A stretch of DNA of 64,000 nucleotides, from positions 186,374,001 to 186,438,000 of the forward strand of contig NC_058368.1 in the NCBI RefSeq assembly GCF_018350175.1. Reading direction: 5' to 3'. This document shows, piece after piece, positions 39,085 to 52,574 of the stretch. A program made the position numbers and the translations under genes. The notes under the pieces are model-generated. The model was given only the letters and a program-made list of their open reading frames with translations. It was not told the origin of the DNA and did no database searches. This stretch comes from Felis catus. Taxonomy: Eukaryota. Position 1 is the stretch's first letter. Each line of letters opens with the position of its first letter.

Positions 39085-40440
39085 TTCGCAGAGGAAGGTA
39101 AGTAGAGTCTCAAAGTTCACTGAACAGGGAAAAGACCAGAATATTCTATAACCAGACAGAAACTCTGCATTCCTGGAGAATGATGGGGGAAGGGAGTTGT
39201 AGGCTGCAAGAACAGAGAGGAAAAGAGAGAGGCCATAATTTTTAGAAATGGTTTCATAAGTCACAGAAAAAAGTTTAGATTTAATTCTCAGTGCAATGTA
39301 AAGCCACTGCAATTTCATTCAGGGAAGTTACATATATATTTTTATAGTTTTAAATGATATTATGATAGGAATATGCCAGGGAAAGTATGTAGCAATAAAC
39401 AAAGCAAGATGCCTGGTTAAGAGGATGATCGCATTTTATATGAGGGAGATACTTAGACCAAAGCAGAAGTAGAAGAGATGTGACGTGGTTAGATGCAGGA
39501 TATTTTTTGAATGAAAAGCTAAGAGAACTTGTTAATTAATTGAGTATCGAGGGGGAGGAAAAAGGGGAGCCATAACTCTTAGTACTTTGACCTGGATAAT
39601 TAAGTGAAATATATATAATTAACTGAGAGAGGGAATTTAAGGAGGCACAGTTGGGAAGAAAGGGGTGCTTGGTAAGAAATTAACAGGTCAGTGTTGACTA
39701 TGTTAATTTAAGATGCTATATTCTCTAGTAGAGAAAAATCTTCAACTGGGTTAAATACTAAGGAAATAAGACATTAGGTTAAGAAATTAAATTTAGTAAG
39801 ATTGAAAGCCACTATTGATGTTGACAAAAGTAATTTCTGAGTATTAGTAGAAATAAAAGTCTGATGGGGGTAGAATAAAATGTGAAGATTTAGTAAAAGC
39901 AGATGTAAATGGTTTTCCCCAAAGGAGGTACATTGATTGAGGGACATTATGGTATATTTCATGCTGATGAAGTGATTCAGTAGAGAGAATAGAATTAATA
40001 ATACAGTGGGGGATGAGTAGATCATTTCAGAAGCGAAATCCTTGAGCAAGTGAAATGGTGTTGGATTTTATGTCCATAAGTTGATACTGGCTTTAGAAGA
40101 AGCAGGAGTACTTTGATCATAATTACAAAAGTGGAAGCAGCATATTTTGTTACAGCGCCAGTACTATAGGGTAAAGATATGAAATAGTCATTGCATAAGG
40201 GAGGCAACAAGTTTACTAGGAAATTCAATGGAATTGTCAGGGAGTACTGAGTCCCCACTTGTGATCTGTGGTCATAAATTTAAAGCACAATTGGTAGTTT
40301 TTTTTCCTGCCACATTAACCTCTTCAGAAGTAGGATTTCAAAATAGAGAGGTGGGTTTAATCTGGGTTGAGAATTTATCTGTAGAGTCTGATGGCGAGAG
40401 AATGCCCAAGGAGTAAGGAGTCACTGTAAAAGAGAGATCA
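39085..40440 (-). mobile_element. L2 LINE remnant
   Basis: Reverse L2 motifs (aagtttagatttaattctcagtgcaatgtaaagccactg; ggtcagtgttgactatgtt). Confidence 0.65.
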
Positions 40441-40967
40441 AAATGTTGACACCAAGACATAGATGGGGTAAACAAAGAAGCAAGCTACCAATGCTTGTAA
40501 AAAAAGCCAGTTCCAAAGAACTACTACATCATGAAGAATACACCTATAAAAGCCTAACACTACAGGTTCCTTCCATTGGAAATGTACAGCTGGTTGATCA
40601 CGTGAGGCAACAGAAGCAGGAACATAGATTTCTTCATCCTAACTAAAACCAAGTCATTGAGAGTGGAGCAGAAGTTCCCGAACCACCTATTTACTTCCAA
40701 GACCATCAGCAGCATCCCTGTGAACTTGCTTTGTCCAAAGAACAATCAAAATGTCTGCAAGAATGTAGAATATTTATGATTTGTCTGCAAGAATGTAAAC
40801 ATTATTCAGCCTCCTATTTCTTATCTTTCCATTTCTTTCCAAAGTCTCCCTTGACATTATCTTCTATTATCTGGAATTCATGAACTCAACATGTTCTTTA
40901 CACTAAATAAATAACCAATGCCTTTTCATCTCCAGACACGGAAGATTCATGTTTTGATTAATAATTC

Positions 40968-41217
40968 TTTTTTTTTAAGTTTAATTTTACTTATTTTGAG
41001 AAAGAGGCAGAGAGAGTAAGAGAAAACAAGTGGGTGAGGGGCCAGGAGAGAAGGAGAGAGAAAGAATCTGAAGGTTCTGAAGAAGAATCTGAAGAAGCAG
41101 GCTCCACACTTTCAGCATAGAGCCTGACACGGGGATTGATATCATGAACCATGAGATCATGACCTGAGCCAAAATTTAGAGTCAGATGCTCAACCAACTG
41201 AGCCACCCAGGCACCCC
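40968..41217 (-). mobile_element. Carnivore SINE with internal gaatctgaag triplication
   Basis: TSD attaataattctt. Confidence 0.92.
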
Positions 41218-41892
41218 TTAATTAATAATTCTTAATACTGCCACAGATGTATTAACTCCACTGATATATTTTTAATTTCTATTTCCTCATTCATGTGATA
41301 GGCTCATTCATAACGAAGGCTCATAGTAACAGGAATTTTGGAATTAGAGAATGAGAAGGCATCTTAAGGGCGTATTTTAATAGGAATCATTTTTTATACA
41401 TTCTAGGTACCAGACATTACATTATGCTGCATTAACTCTTTAGAGTGCATGGCAAATATAATTATTCCCATTTTACTAGTATATCCCCAGTTTACAGGGA
41501 TGAAACAACTTGACCCAAATCAGCCTTTCACATACCTGAAAGTCAGGTTTCACTCTCAGATTTCCATGTGTGAAAATTTGGTCTCATATGTAAAAACTAT
41601 GCAGTGTTGTTCTTCCCTCTCTAAATAATATGAACTCCTTTCCCAGATAAGTAAATTGAAACCCCAAATTAAGAACAGACTTACCTAAGCTCCTACAGTT
41701 AATTGGTAACAGTGCTCAGGTTATCTTCCAATGTTTTAAAATGTAGGGAAGTTTTATTGAGTAGGGGACTATATTTTTAACATTGCATAAATTATTACTA
41801 TTGTTTATTTTATTTTATTATTTAAAATTTTTATTATTATTTTAACTGGAATATTGTTAGTTTAAATATACTGTTCATGACTAAGAACTGTG

Positions 41893-44244
41893 CTGCAAGT
41901 GGGGTGGTTCAATTTTTGCAAATCAATCAATGTGATACACCACATTAATAAAATACAGGATAAGAACCTTATGATCCTGTCAATAGATGCAGAAAAATAT
42001 TTGACAAAATACAGCATCCATTCTTGATAAAAACCCTCAACAAAGTAGGTATAGATGGAACATACTTCAACATCATGAAAGCCACATATGAAAAACCCAC
42101 AGCTAATATCATCTTCAATGGATAGAAACTGAGAGCTTTTTCTCTACAGTTAGGAACAAGACAGGGATTTCCACTCTCACCATCACTATTTAACACAGTA
42201 CTAGAAATCTAACCCTCAGCAATCAGAAAACAAAAAGTAATAAAAGGTATCCAAATTTTCTAGGAAGAAGTCAGACTTTCACTACATGCAGATGACATGA
42301 TAATCTATGTAGAAAATCCAAAAGACTCCACCAAAAAATTGCTAAAACTAATGTATGAATTCAGTAAAGTCTCAGGATATAAAATCAATACAGAAATCTG
42401 TTACATTTCTATACACTAATAATGAAGCAGCAGAAAAAGAAATAAAGGCATCGATCCCATTTACAATTATACCAAAACAATAAGAAACCTAGGAATAAAC
42501 CTAATCAAAGAGGCAGAAGATCCATACTCTGAAAAATATAGAACACTTGGAAAGAAATTGAAGAGGACACAAAGAAATGAGAAAAAATTCCATGCTCATG
42601 AAAGGGAAGAACAAACATTGTTAAAATGTCTGTATTACCCAAAGCAATCTATACATTTAATGCAAACCCTATCAAAATACCACCAGCATTTTTCACAGAG
42701 CTAGAACAAACAATCCTAAAATTTGTATGGAACAATAAAAGATCCTGAATAGCCAAAGCAATCATGAAAAAGAAAACCAAAGCTGGAGACATCACAATTC
42801 TGGACTTACAGCTATATTATAAAGCTGTAGTCATCAAGACTTTTTGGCCCAAACATAGACACATAGATCAAAGGAACAGAACAGAAACTCCAGAAATGGA
42901 CCTACAACTATATGGTCAACTAATCTTTGACAAAGCAGGAAAGAATATCCAATGGAAAAAAGACAGTCTCTTCAGCAATGGTGTTGGAAAAACCGGACAG
43001 CAGCATGCAGAAGAATGAAACTGGGCCAATTTTTATACCTTACACAAAAATAAATTCAAAATGGATGAAAGACCTAAATGTGAGATAGGAAACCATCAAA
43101 ATCCTAGAGGAGAACACAGGCAGCAAATTCTTTGACCTCAGTCATAGCAACTTCTTACTAGACATGTCTCTGGAGGCAAGGGAAACAAAAGCAAAAATGA
43201 ACAATTGGGACCTCATCAAGATAAAAAGCTTCTGCACAGTAAAGGAAACAATCAACAAAATGAAAAGTCAGTCTACAGAACGGGAGACGATATTTGCAAA
43301 TGACATATCTGACCAAGGGTTAATATCCAAAATCTATAAATAACTCATCAAACTCAATACCCAAAATACAAATTATCCAGTTAAGAAATGGGCAGAAGAT
43401 ATGAATAGACATTTTCCCAAAGAAGACATTCAAATAGCTAACAGACACGTGAAATGATGCTCAACATCACTCATAATTAGGGAACTACAAATAAAAAATA
43501 CAATGAGATATCACCTTACACCTGTCAGAATGGCTAAAATTAATAACACAGGAAACAACAGGTGTTGACGAGGATGTGGAGAAAGGCGAACCCTCTTGAA
43601 CTGTTGGTGGGAATGCAAGCTGGTGTAGCCACTCTGGAAAACATTATGGAGGTTCCTCCAAAAGTTAAAAATAAAACTACCCTATGATCCAGCAATTGCA
43701 CTACTAGATATTTACCCAAAGGATACTAAAATACTGATTTAAAGGCATACATACACCCCAATGTTTCTAGCAGCATTATCAACAGTAGCCAAACTACAGA
43801 GAGAGACCAAATGTCCACTGACTGATAATGGAATATGACTCCACTATTAAAAGAATGAAACCTTGCCATTTGCAATAACATGGACAAAGCTAGAGTGTAT
43901 TGTGCTAAATGAAATAAATCAGAGAAATACAAATACCATATGATTTCACTCATATATGGAATCTAGGAAACAAAACAGATGAACATATGGGAAAGGGAAA
44001 AAAAAAGGAGAGAGCGGAAAGGAAACCATAAGAGACTCTTAACCATACAGAACAAACTGAGGGCTGAGGGAGGGGAGATGGAAGGGGGAATGGGCTAGAT
44101 GGGTGATGGGTATTAAGGAGGGCACTTGTAGTGTTGAGCACTGGGTCTTATATGTAAGTGATGAATCACTAAATTCTACTCCTGAACTAATATTACATTA
44201 TATTTTAACTAACTAGAATTTAAATAAAAATTTGAAAAAAAAAT
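41893..44244 (+). mobile_element. 5'-truncated carnivore L1: disrupted ORF2 (RT and C-terminal cysteine-rich region), 3'UTR and poly-A
   Basis: Reads SLHADDM (RT FADD motif) near 42280; ORF 42764-43018 matches L1 ORF2; degenerate C-terminal CWWECKLV; several stops and frameshifts; AATAAA plus A tail at ~44223-44243. Confidence 0.96.
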
Positions 44245-44327
44245 AACGGACTGCAAGCGAAATTGTGGAGTTGAACAGACCAAAAAACACAAAACTGTGT
44301 GGCTTGAAGAGAAAATAAGGAAACTTG

Positions 44328-44561
44328 TTTTATTTTTTAAATTTTTAAAAAATGTAACTATTTTGAGAGAGAGAGAGAAAGACAGCATGAGTGGGGGAGG
44401 AGCAGAGAGAGAGGCAGAGAGAGAAAATCCCAAGGTAGCTGTGTACTGTCAGCACAGAGCCTGATGTAGGGCTGAAACTCATGAACTGTGAGATTATGAC
44501 CCAAGCTGAAATAAAGGGTTGTATGCTTGGAATCCAACTGGGATCAGCCACTGGGAGCCCC
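44328..44561 (-). mobile_element. Carnivore SINE
   Basis: Typical body; near-TSD aggaaac. Confidence 0.87.
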
Positions 44562-44696
44562 AGGAAACCTTTGTTTTAGTCAGTTCTGATCAACCAATTA
44601 GTTATTTTTTCTCATCATAATAATATACCCTAAGATTATAAAAATATCTTTGTTATTCAAAACACTGAAAAAAAATTTGCTTTTGTGAGTTTAATA

Positions 44697-45948
44697 CAGT
44701 AAAACCTTGGATTGTGAGTAACTTGTTCTGCAAATGTTCTACAAGGTGAACAAACATTTCTAATAAATGTTAACCTGATAAACAAGTGATATTTTGCAAT
44801 ACAAGACATGATGCTGAACATTACATGATCACAGCTGAGCCAATGATTCTTCTCTCTCTGCTTCTCTGTGTCTCTGTCTCTGTCTCTCTCTCTCTTGGGG
44901 ATTGTGGGTGATCATCTCCCATGCTTGGATACTCAGTCCCAGGCTGCAATATTTGGCAGAGATCAGTGATTTTTCAGAACATTGGAAGTGCCCCCAACTG
45001 GCACTGTGTTTTTGTTACTTCAAAGCACCTATGGACAGTCCTTTGCTTTTCCATACAAGAGTAAGCTTGGGAATGGTTTGCTTCATTCTAGGTTGGGCTG
45101 CCTGTAGATACAGACCCTTCCCTCTGCTGCCTTATTGCCAGTTACATTAAATACAGTTTATGACAAGAGTTTATTAATACTGTACTGCAGTCAACATCCA
45201 TGTGAGTGTATACAATGCCCCCCATTCAGAAAAAGGATGAAAAGAAAGGCAGTAAGAAAAAGGAGATAATTATGGTGGAAATTAATAAGGAAATCATCAA
45301 GAAGTATGAACGAGGTATGCATGTGGCCGAAATTGCAAGATTTTGGAAGTCTACGTCTACATCTCCTCTGCAGAGGAGGAGAAAAAGGCGGAGGAATCCC
45401 TCACCTCAGATGAAATTAGGGAGATGTGTAAAATGCGGGAAACAGTGCAAAATTTTGTAGAAAAGCACCACCCAAATAAGGCTGTAGCAGTGCGAGTGAT
45501 GAATCTGTTTAACGACAATGCAATGTCATATTTCCACGAAATCCTCTAAAGAAGGCAAAAGCAAGTGTCATTGGATAGGTTCCTTGTTAAAATTACATGA
45601 GGGAAAAAGATTCCATTGAGCCAAAAGATAGCAGTGCTTCTGTTAGTGATAGTGAAAGTCATCCTACACAATAACCCTCCTCTCTCTTGTTCCCTCACAC
45701 CAGCCATGAAGGTTTTCAAAGGTAGGTGCAAATTAATTTGTTTATTTTTCTCTATATTTTGTATTTTCTTTATTTTTTGTAGTATATTACAGTATTGTAA
45801 TCATTTTTATATGAATATTTTTGGGTTCTGGAATGAATCATCTGAGTTTCCATTATTTCTTATGGGGAAATTCGCTTTGATACACAAGTGCTTTGGATTA
45901 CAAGCATATTTCTGGAACAAATTATGCTCACAAAACAAGGTTTTACTG
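44697..45948 (+). mobile_element. Internally deleted Tigger/pogo (Tc1-mariner superfamily) DNA transposon with intact ends
   Basis: TIRs CAGTAAAACCTTG...CAAGGTTTTACTG (13 bp perfect, 20/22 extended), TA on both flanks, transposase remnants inside. Confidence 0.93.
45215..45600 (+). pseudogene. Transposase remnant: CENP-B/psq-type HTH start joined to the C-terminal tail; DDE domain absent
   Basis: MPPIQKKDEKKGSKKKEIIMVEINKEIIKKYERGMHVAEIARFWKSTST, then a frame change at 45360/45361 to ISSAEEEKKAEESLTSDEIREMCKM...FHEIL*RRQKQVSLDRFLVK. Confidence 0.85.
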
Positions 45949-46650
45949 TACTTTATAGTCCATAAATGCTTTCTTCAATTGAAATAATTAAACACCAAGT
46001 GGCAATGCAATACAATTATTGCAATGCGGTGTAATACAACAGCTAGGAATTTCATGAATTAAGTGAATAAAAATTACATAGACAAATAACCAAACTCTTT
46101 CTTTCTTGTATTGTATACAACCATTCCTGAGAGAAATTACCATTTTTCTTTTTATCATGTCTTCAAAATGAGAGCTTTTAGTGGGTAACATTCTAATTTT
46201 GCAATATTGCAACCTTAAAACTCTTAAAAATGGAAAATAACATTAAAATATGAACTAGTTGTAGCTGTACTTGTAAATTTAAAGGTTCATTTTAGCAAGG
46301 GAGAAAATATTTATAATTAAATTTTTCATAGCAACAAAAATATATGTTCATTTATAGTAACGGCTTTAAGGGAGAGTAAAACATAAGTAACCTTAATCTT
46401 GTCTATCAAAACAAGATTTTAAAAGAAATTTGATAGAGGAAAATATTAAACAATGATTATATTTTATTCAAATTTCTTAATCAAGACTTCTCCTTTGCAT
46501 TGATGCAAAATAAAGATAAGTAAAAAAATACATATGTTTATATAAATTAATGAAAAGCAACAAAATATTCTTGGCATAAAAATTGATGACAAATTTTTTT
46601 TAAATGATAAAGTTTTGCTACACAATATACATGCATTAGAATATATTTAA

Positions 46651-46857
46651 TTTTTTAAGTTTATTTATTGTTTTGACGGAGAAACTGTGCAGGAGGGCAG
46701 AGAAAGAGAGAGAATCCCAAGGAGGCTCTTCACTGACAGTGCAATGAATGCACTGACAGTTCAATGTTGGGCTCAAAATCACGAACCGTGAGATCATGAC
46801 CTGAGACAAATCCAAGAGTCAGATGCTCAACCAACTGAGCCACCCAGGTGTCCCCCC
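46651..46857 (-). mobile_element. Carnivore SINE with internal cactgacagt duplication
   Basis: TSD gaatatatttaa. Confidence 0.9.
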
Positions 46858-49644
46858 TTGAATATATTTAAAACTACTTAAGCAATTGTTTAAAACAACA
46901 AAACTCTTCATTGTTGGATGATTGAGTGGTTTGATTTTTGATTATCAATTTCATCTTTTTCTATAAGTTTATTTTCCTCTCCACTTAAGAAAAAAGGAAG
47001 GAGTGACAAGAGGGGAAATTATGATGAGAATCCTTTTTAAAATTTATTTTCAAAATCTCTTTTAATTAGAAAAAATTAAATATGAGTTTTTCCAGCTTAT
47101 TATCAGATAATCACTTTGCAGATATACCTAGGTGTGAAAAAAAAATTAAGCAACTTCCTCAAACCATTTTGCTATACTATATTCCATGAAAAGTGTTCAG
47201 GTTGCTAGAAGTAAGAATCAGTTCTTTGACATAAATATTTTGAACTAAAGTGCAAAGTTTATTGTTTCTAACATCTGTAGGTAAACAGTAAAATATGACA
47301 GAAATACATTTCCGTTTTTGGTGTGAATTTGTGATCCATATTCAGGAACGATAATTTAATCTAAGCCAAATGAAAATTGTTACGGCATATTCAGAAAGGA
47401 AGCAGTTTACGTGATCTCTGAACTATAGGTTATGTCCCATGCCCAACTGTAGTTGAGTCCTTACCTATTCAAATCATTGTGTTAATTAATATGTTTTCTT
47501 TTACTGTACCAGAAGTCATTTTGCTCCCTTTTTTATTAAAGGAATCTGTTCCACCTCCTTGCCAGCCCCCAACCTCCTTCTCTCCCATTGTATCTAATGC
47601 CCTATCATGTTGGTGTTGGCAGTAGCATGGCAAGTGATTATCCAGTACTACAGACTATCAGTTGCAGAGTGATTTTTTTTCCCTCTTTTCTTCTTTCCCT
47701 TTCCCTCCTCCTCCTCTTCCTTCCTCTCCCTCTTCTTTTCCACTACTACATTTTTACAATTGATTTCTAAGTCTTTGAAAGCCTAATAAAACAGTTGGCA
47801 GTTCCTAAATTCATTACTTTGTACTCAGTAGTGCTTAAGTATCTTGGGATTTTGCTCTATGAAATTATACTCCATAATGTAAACAAGTATTAGCTCTTTC
47901 AGAAAACAATAATAAATGAATTCCCAGGGCAAAGGCTAACAAGAAAAATAAACTATATCAGGTGTTTTAGGTTGATGACTTTCTAGAACTTAATTCCAGC
48001 CATATCACTGATGTTTGGATGGGGAAAAAAAGGAAGAAAAGGTAGGCTGTGAATGGTTCTTTCATTTGCTAGTAGGCTACATGTTATATGTTCTAGAAAA
48101 CAGAGAGGGGAAAAAAGATTATCTTCTGTTTCTCTACTTACTCTGTACCTTCTAGGGGCATGTACTTACAAATCAATGCTTCAGTTGTGACAACTCAATA
48201 TCAAGTCATTTCCCTCCCAGAAGTGGAATAATTTTTTTCTGCTTTATTTACAAAATTTATTATTACAGTGTTCTTTCAGAGTTCTGTGATGAGCATCCTT
48301 AGTATCCATGTATTCAAATACATGTGTCTCTCAAATCATTGTAACATTTTTTCAAGGCTGTTCAATACTCTTCTCATTGATCATAACACCAAGTACATCT
48401 TTATTTGGTAGCAATTAAATAGTTTGTACCTGTAACATTGAAAAGGCTTTTAGGAATGGGTTGCAATGAGGTAACTCAGGTATATCAGCCTGAAGTATTC
48501 TGGCATTATAGTTCTTCATTCTATTTGGATGAGAATCAAATTTGAAGAAAAGAAACACTTTTGGTCTGGCAGAGAGGTGAGTGATACTTTTGAAATAGCG
48601 ACAAATCCCATTTTCCTTTCAAGTTCACAGTACTTTTGAGGAAGATTCTTGCCAATATCTCAAGGAAGCTGCTTGCCTCAGAAGAGAGCCCCGGGAAAGG
48701 AAAGTGGTGTGAGAGGCGGAGAGTGTAAAGGATGGAAAGCAGGCATTTCTGCAATCTTTTACTTGATTTATCCTCAATCTACTTTTGAATTTGTTTTGGC
48801 TAGAAAACTTCCTTCTTTTGCACTTCATAAGAGATCTGGATTTTAAAAAGACAAATAAGATTTTTACATGAGAAAAATTAGATACTCAGTTAATTTCACC
48901 AGCATAATTCCATAAAGCGAAGTCTTAGTAGAATCTCTAAAATCACTCAAATATGTGCCAGTCTCACTAGGAAGTGATGACACTTGGGATATTTCAGCAC
49001 CTTCTGTGTCCTTTCAGCGTTGAGAGCATGAGAACAGAGATTCACATCTCAGATCCTCAAGTCTCAGTGCTCTTCCTGTTCCTGAAAATGTCATCTTAAC
49101 AGATCTGTTCAGCCTGAAACATGTCACTGACTTCAGTTTGATCCAAGGATGTTTCAGGGAATTGTCTTTGATGCTGGACATATGTTCTAAGGATGTATCG
49201 CCAAAGTGTAAATGGAGGCTAGTAACACTATTGAGTTAACACCTACATACATTTTTAAGAATACTTTTCTTCACAGTCATCATTCTATTTTCACACCTCA
49301 GAACTAGTCAATGACTATTGTTTGACAGCAAAATGGCAAACTGAGGTTCCAAAAAAGAATTATTTCCTTTATATAAGTCCTTTGGAAGGCAAGACAAAGG
49401 AGGACTTTATGGCTAAGCAATTCATAAAATGTAGCTTTCACCACCCAATTCTACAGGTATTGTGTTCATATTATTATGGATATAATGTTAATATTATTAA
49501 TTTCCACATAATCTTTTGTAAAACACCACACTGAATTAATCACTTTACATTGATTTTTTTGGTGCACTTTGTGCCTTTGAAGATAGGAGCTGAAATGTTC
49601 AGCAATCAATGACTATATTTTTCTTTTGTACCTTTGAATATAAC

Positions 49645-49730
49645 AAAGATATAAAATATATAAAATATATATATAATATATAAAATATATAATATATATT
49701 ATTAATATATAAAAATATATAAAAATATAA
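49645..49730. repeat. AT-only low-complexity tract
   Basis: (ATATAAA)-like units seen directly. Confidence 0.85.
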
Positions 49731-50451
49731 CAAAAAATACATGTATCTTTTGTCCGAGTTATTAATTAAAGAGAAAAATAAATTGTCCTTTTTTTCATTT
49801 TTCATTCACAAGTATGTGATTTCTCAGGTAAAATTGTTGATGAAGATAGCTGGCAAAACAAAATGAAGTGTTGCTATGTTGTATTGTTAGTGATGCTTTG
49901 ATGAAGTCATTGAACCAAAAGAAAAACCTATGTGAAACTGATGAATTAGTTAACATGTATAAGTTGTTCTTTATTTATATTGGAAATATTTGAATAATGG
50001 CTTGAATTTTACAGCATCCAAATATGTGTTGGTGTATTTGTCGAAAAATATGGGGATATTTAATCGATTTTTTTCATTAATATGTACACAAACTTTAAGG
50101 CTTGGATTATACATCTACCTTGTTGAATATACCTAGATATCTCCTCAAAAACATTATGAATGACAACGAAAGTGAAAAACTGTAAATCCTACTTTTATTA
50201 CCAGAATTTAGTTTAGGTATCAAAGTTTAGGTATCAAAGCAAAAATGGAAAGAAAAGCCAATAGGCCAGCATAAAGTTAGGACAAAATCTATTGTTTTGT
50301 ATTTAGTCTCAGGCCTCAAATTATTATAGTTGCAGTTCCCAAACCTGTGAACTATGAAGTAAAGTAAATTCAACAATTCTTTTATTAGTCTGTTCCACAT
50401 AAACACCACATTTTTAACATCCACATAATCAAAAAATTAAAACACAGCAGA

Positions 50452-50461
50452 ATATATATAT

Positions 50462-50500
<39 letters not shown>

Positions 50501-50510
50501 TATATATATA
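50452..50510. repeat. (TA)n microsatellite
   Basis: Seen directly. Confidence 0.88.
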
Positions 50511-50907
50511 AACAAAAAATTCAATTTTCTTATAAAGACCAATTAGAAATTGCACATTTTTCACTGAAACATTTAACTGAGACAAGTGAAAGGGATACGA
50601 TGGAATAACTTGGGAAATCAAATCTACAAATCTGTCATTATAAGTTTTCTGAATTTTATCTGTGTTAGCACTGTCTGTCATCATATCATGCCTTGGCAAT
50701 AAGGGAAACAAATGTTATAGCAAATAGGAATAAATGTTTGTCAAATATGACAGAACTGGAAGCATTATTTTATTTCAGCTGTTCTTAGAAAATACTTGTT
50801 ATATAAAAAAAGAAGCTTTGATCTCTTTTTTTTGCAGGTAAGGAAACTGAGGCCTACACATATTAACTAGCTGGTGTCAGATAACTCTGTTGGATGAATG
50901 GAGTCTT

Positions 50908-51140
50908 GAGGCACCTGGGTGGCTCAGTCGGTTGAGCATCCAACTCTTGATTTTGGCTCAGGTCATGATTCTAGGGTTGTGGGATCCAGCACTGTGTCTG
51001 GCTCTATGCTGAGAATGGGGCATGCTTTAGATTGTTTCTTTCTCTCTCCCTCTACCCCTCTCCCCAGCTTGTGCTCTCTATCTCTCTCTCTTCCTAAAAA
51101 TAAAATAAAATAAATAAAAATTTAAAAATAAATAAATAAA
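50908..51140 (+). mobile_element. Carnivore SINE inserted in a MIR fragment
   Basis: Typical SINE, preceded by MIR core gcaggtaaggaaactgaggc. Confidence 0.9.
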
Positions 51141-51169
51141 CCCCAGTCTTACTGATTCCTGAGCCCATT

Positions 51170-51610
51170 ACCAGAGGGCCAGTTTGCAGGACAGGAGAAT
51201 GAAACAGGAAGAAAGTGGATTTCAATGCAAACACGTGTTACATGGTTTGTCACCACTAAAGTGGTGAGTGAGAACTATGGGTTCTCCATCCTGAGGGATA
51301 TCCTAAGAAGCCTTACAAAATATGTCCTTAAAACTCCAACTGGTGATGAAAGGGGAATTATTTATTTATAGACTCCTATCCCTCATTGACCAAGAATGAC
51401 CCCAAGGACATTAATTCAAGCAAATTTCCAGGTTACACATTTTGAAGTGTATAATAAAAATTCCTAAATTTGGAAGCAGATGTTAGGAAGTTCTATCTAG
51501 GTGAAATAGGTCAATTAAAATCTGTCCTAAATTGGTCACAGGGCAGTACTGGAATGGGAGATGAAACCAAAAGACTTTAAAGTGGTGTACAGGAGGTATT
51601 TAATGCACTC
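51170..51610 (-). mobile_element. LTR33-like (ERVL) LTR remnant
   Basis: gatgaaaggggaattattt...ctcctatccctcattgaccaag resembles reverse LTR33. Confidence 0.45.
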
Positions 51611-51972
51611 TATTTCTATTTTCTCTAGGAAAACCACTTTGAGAACCAATTGTTTCCAAGTAACTTCAAGATACTCAGAAAGACCAAAAAGTAAAAAACT
51701 TTTATATTAACCATAAAGCCTAGCATAATGTCCTGTATGTACATGGTAGGTACTCATAAAAAAATGTTGATTTATTTATTATTCTCTCATTAGGTTGCAT
51801 TTTTAAATGTTTTATTTATTACATTTAACTTGTTATTTCATTTGAAATTATTTTGTGCATTATTTATTTTTTCTTACATTGGTTTTGTCATTACCAAAAT
51901 AAAATACTGAATAATCCATCTATTCTTCCACTGATTTATAAATCTTTTCTTTTCTATTAAAGATTTAATCCA

Positions 51973-52183
51973 GGGGTGCCTGGGTGGCTCAGTCTGTTAA
52001 GTGTCCAACTTCAGTTCAGGTCATGATCCCATGGCTCGTGAGTTCAAGCTCCGCGTAGGGCTCTGTGTTGACAGCTCAGAGCCTGGAGCCCGCTTTTGAT
52101 TCTGTGTCTCCCTCTCTCTCTGCCCCTCTCCCACTCATGCTCTGTCTCTCTCTCTCAAAACTAAACATTAAAAAAATTTTTAA
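51973..52183 (+). mobile_element. Felid SINE
   Basis: Typical structure. Confidence 0.93.
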
Positions 52184-52574
52184 AGCCTATCTATTTTATT
52201 AATTATAATAAAGCCATGAGTACCACAAGAAATAGGGCATGAAAAGTGCTGAGCAAAATCTCTGGAACAAAATATGCACTCAAGAATAGTCACTTTCTCC
52301 CCTTTGTCATACTATCTGACTCTAACCCTACTAGCATGTGCTAAGAATGACTTCAGTATGAAAGAGAGACTACCTTAAGACTTTCTCATTAAACTGGAAT
52401 CACCACCATTCTGGATAATAAGCCCTAAGCCTATGTTTTACTCCTCTATCACCCTTTATTTCTGTCTCTCTTAAATATAACCACAAGAGACTAACCTAAA
52501 ACCTTTGGTTTGGAATATTTAGCCTTCACATTTCTCTTCTGTGTTAGGAAGATTTGGAGAATTTCAATATTTGG

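Noticed and set aside
39092..39097. 6-nt microexon-like pattern tctcttcgcag|AGGAAG|gtaagt on the plus strand
   Set aside because: Lies at the edge of an L2 relic, is antisense to GABRA6, and has no host transcript evident in the window.
40443..40880. Long plus-strand frame with a single stop, possibly a retrocopy
   Set aside because: No recognisable protein similarity, poly-A tail or TSD; a BLASTX search would be needed to revive it.
48509..48585. Plus-strand exon-like segment ending GAG|gtgagt
   Set aside because: Weak acceptor, unrecognised peptide and no neighbouring exons.
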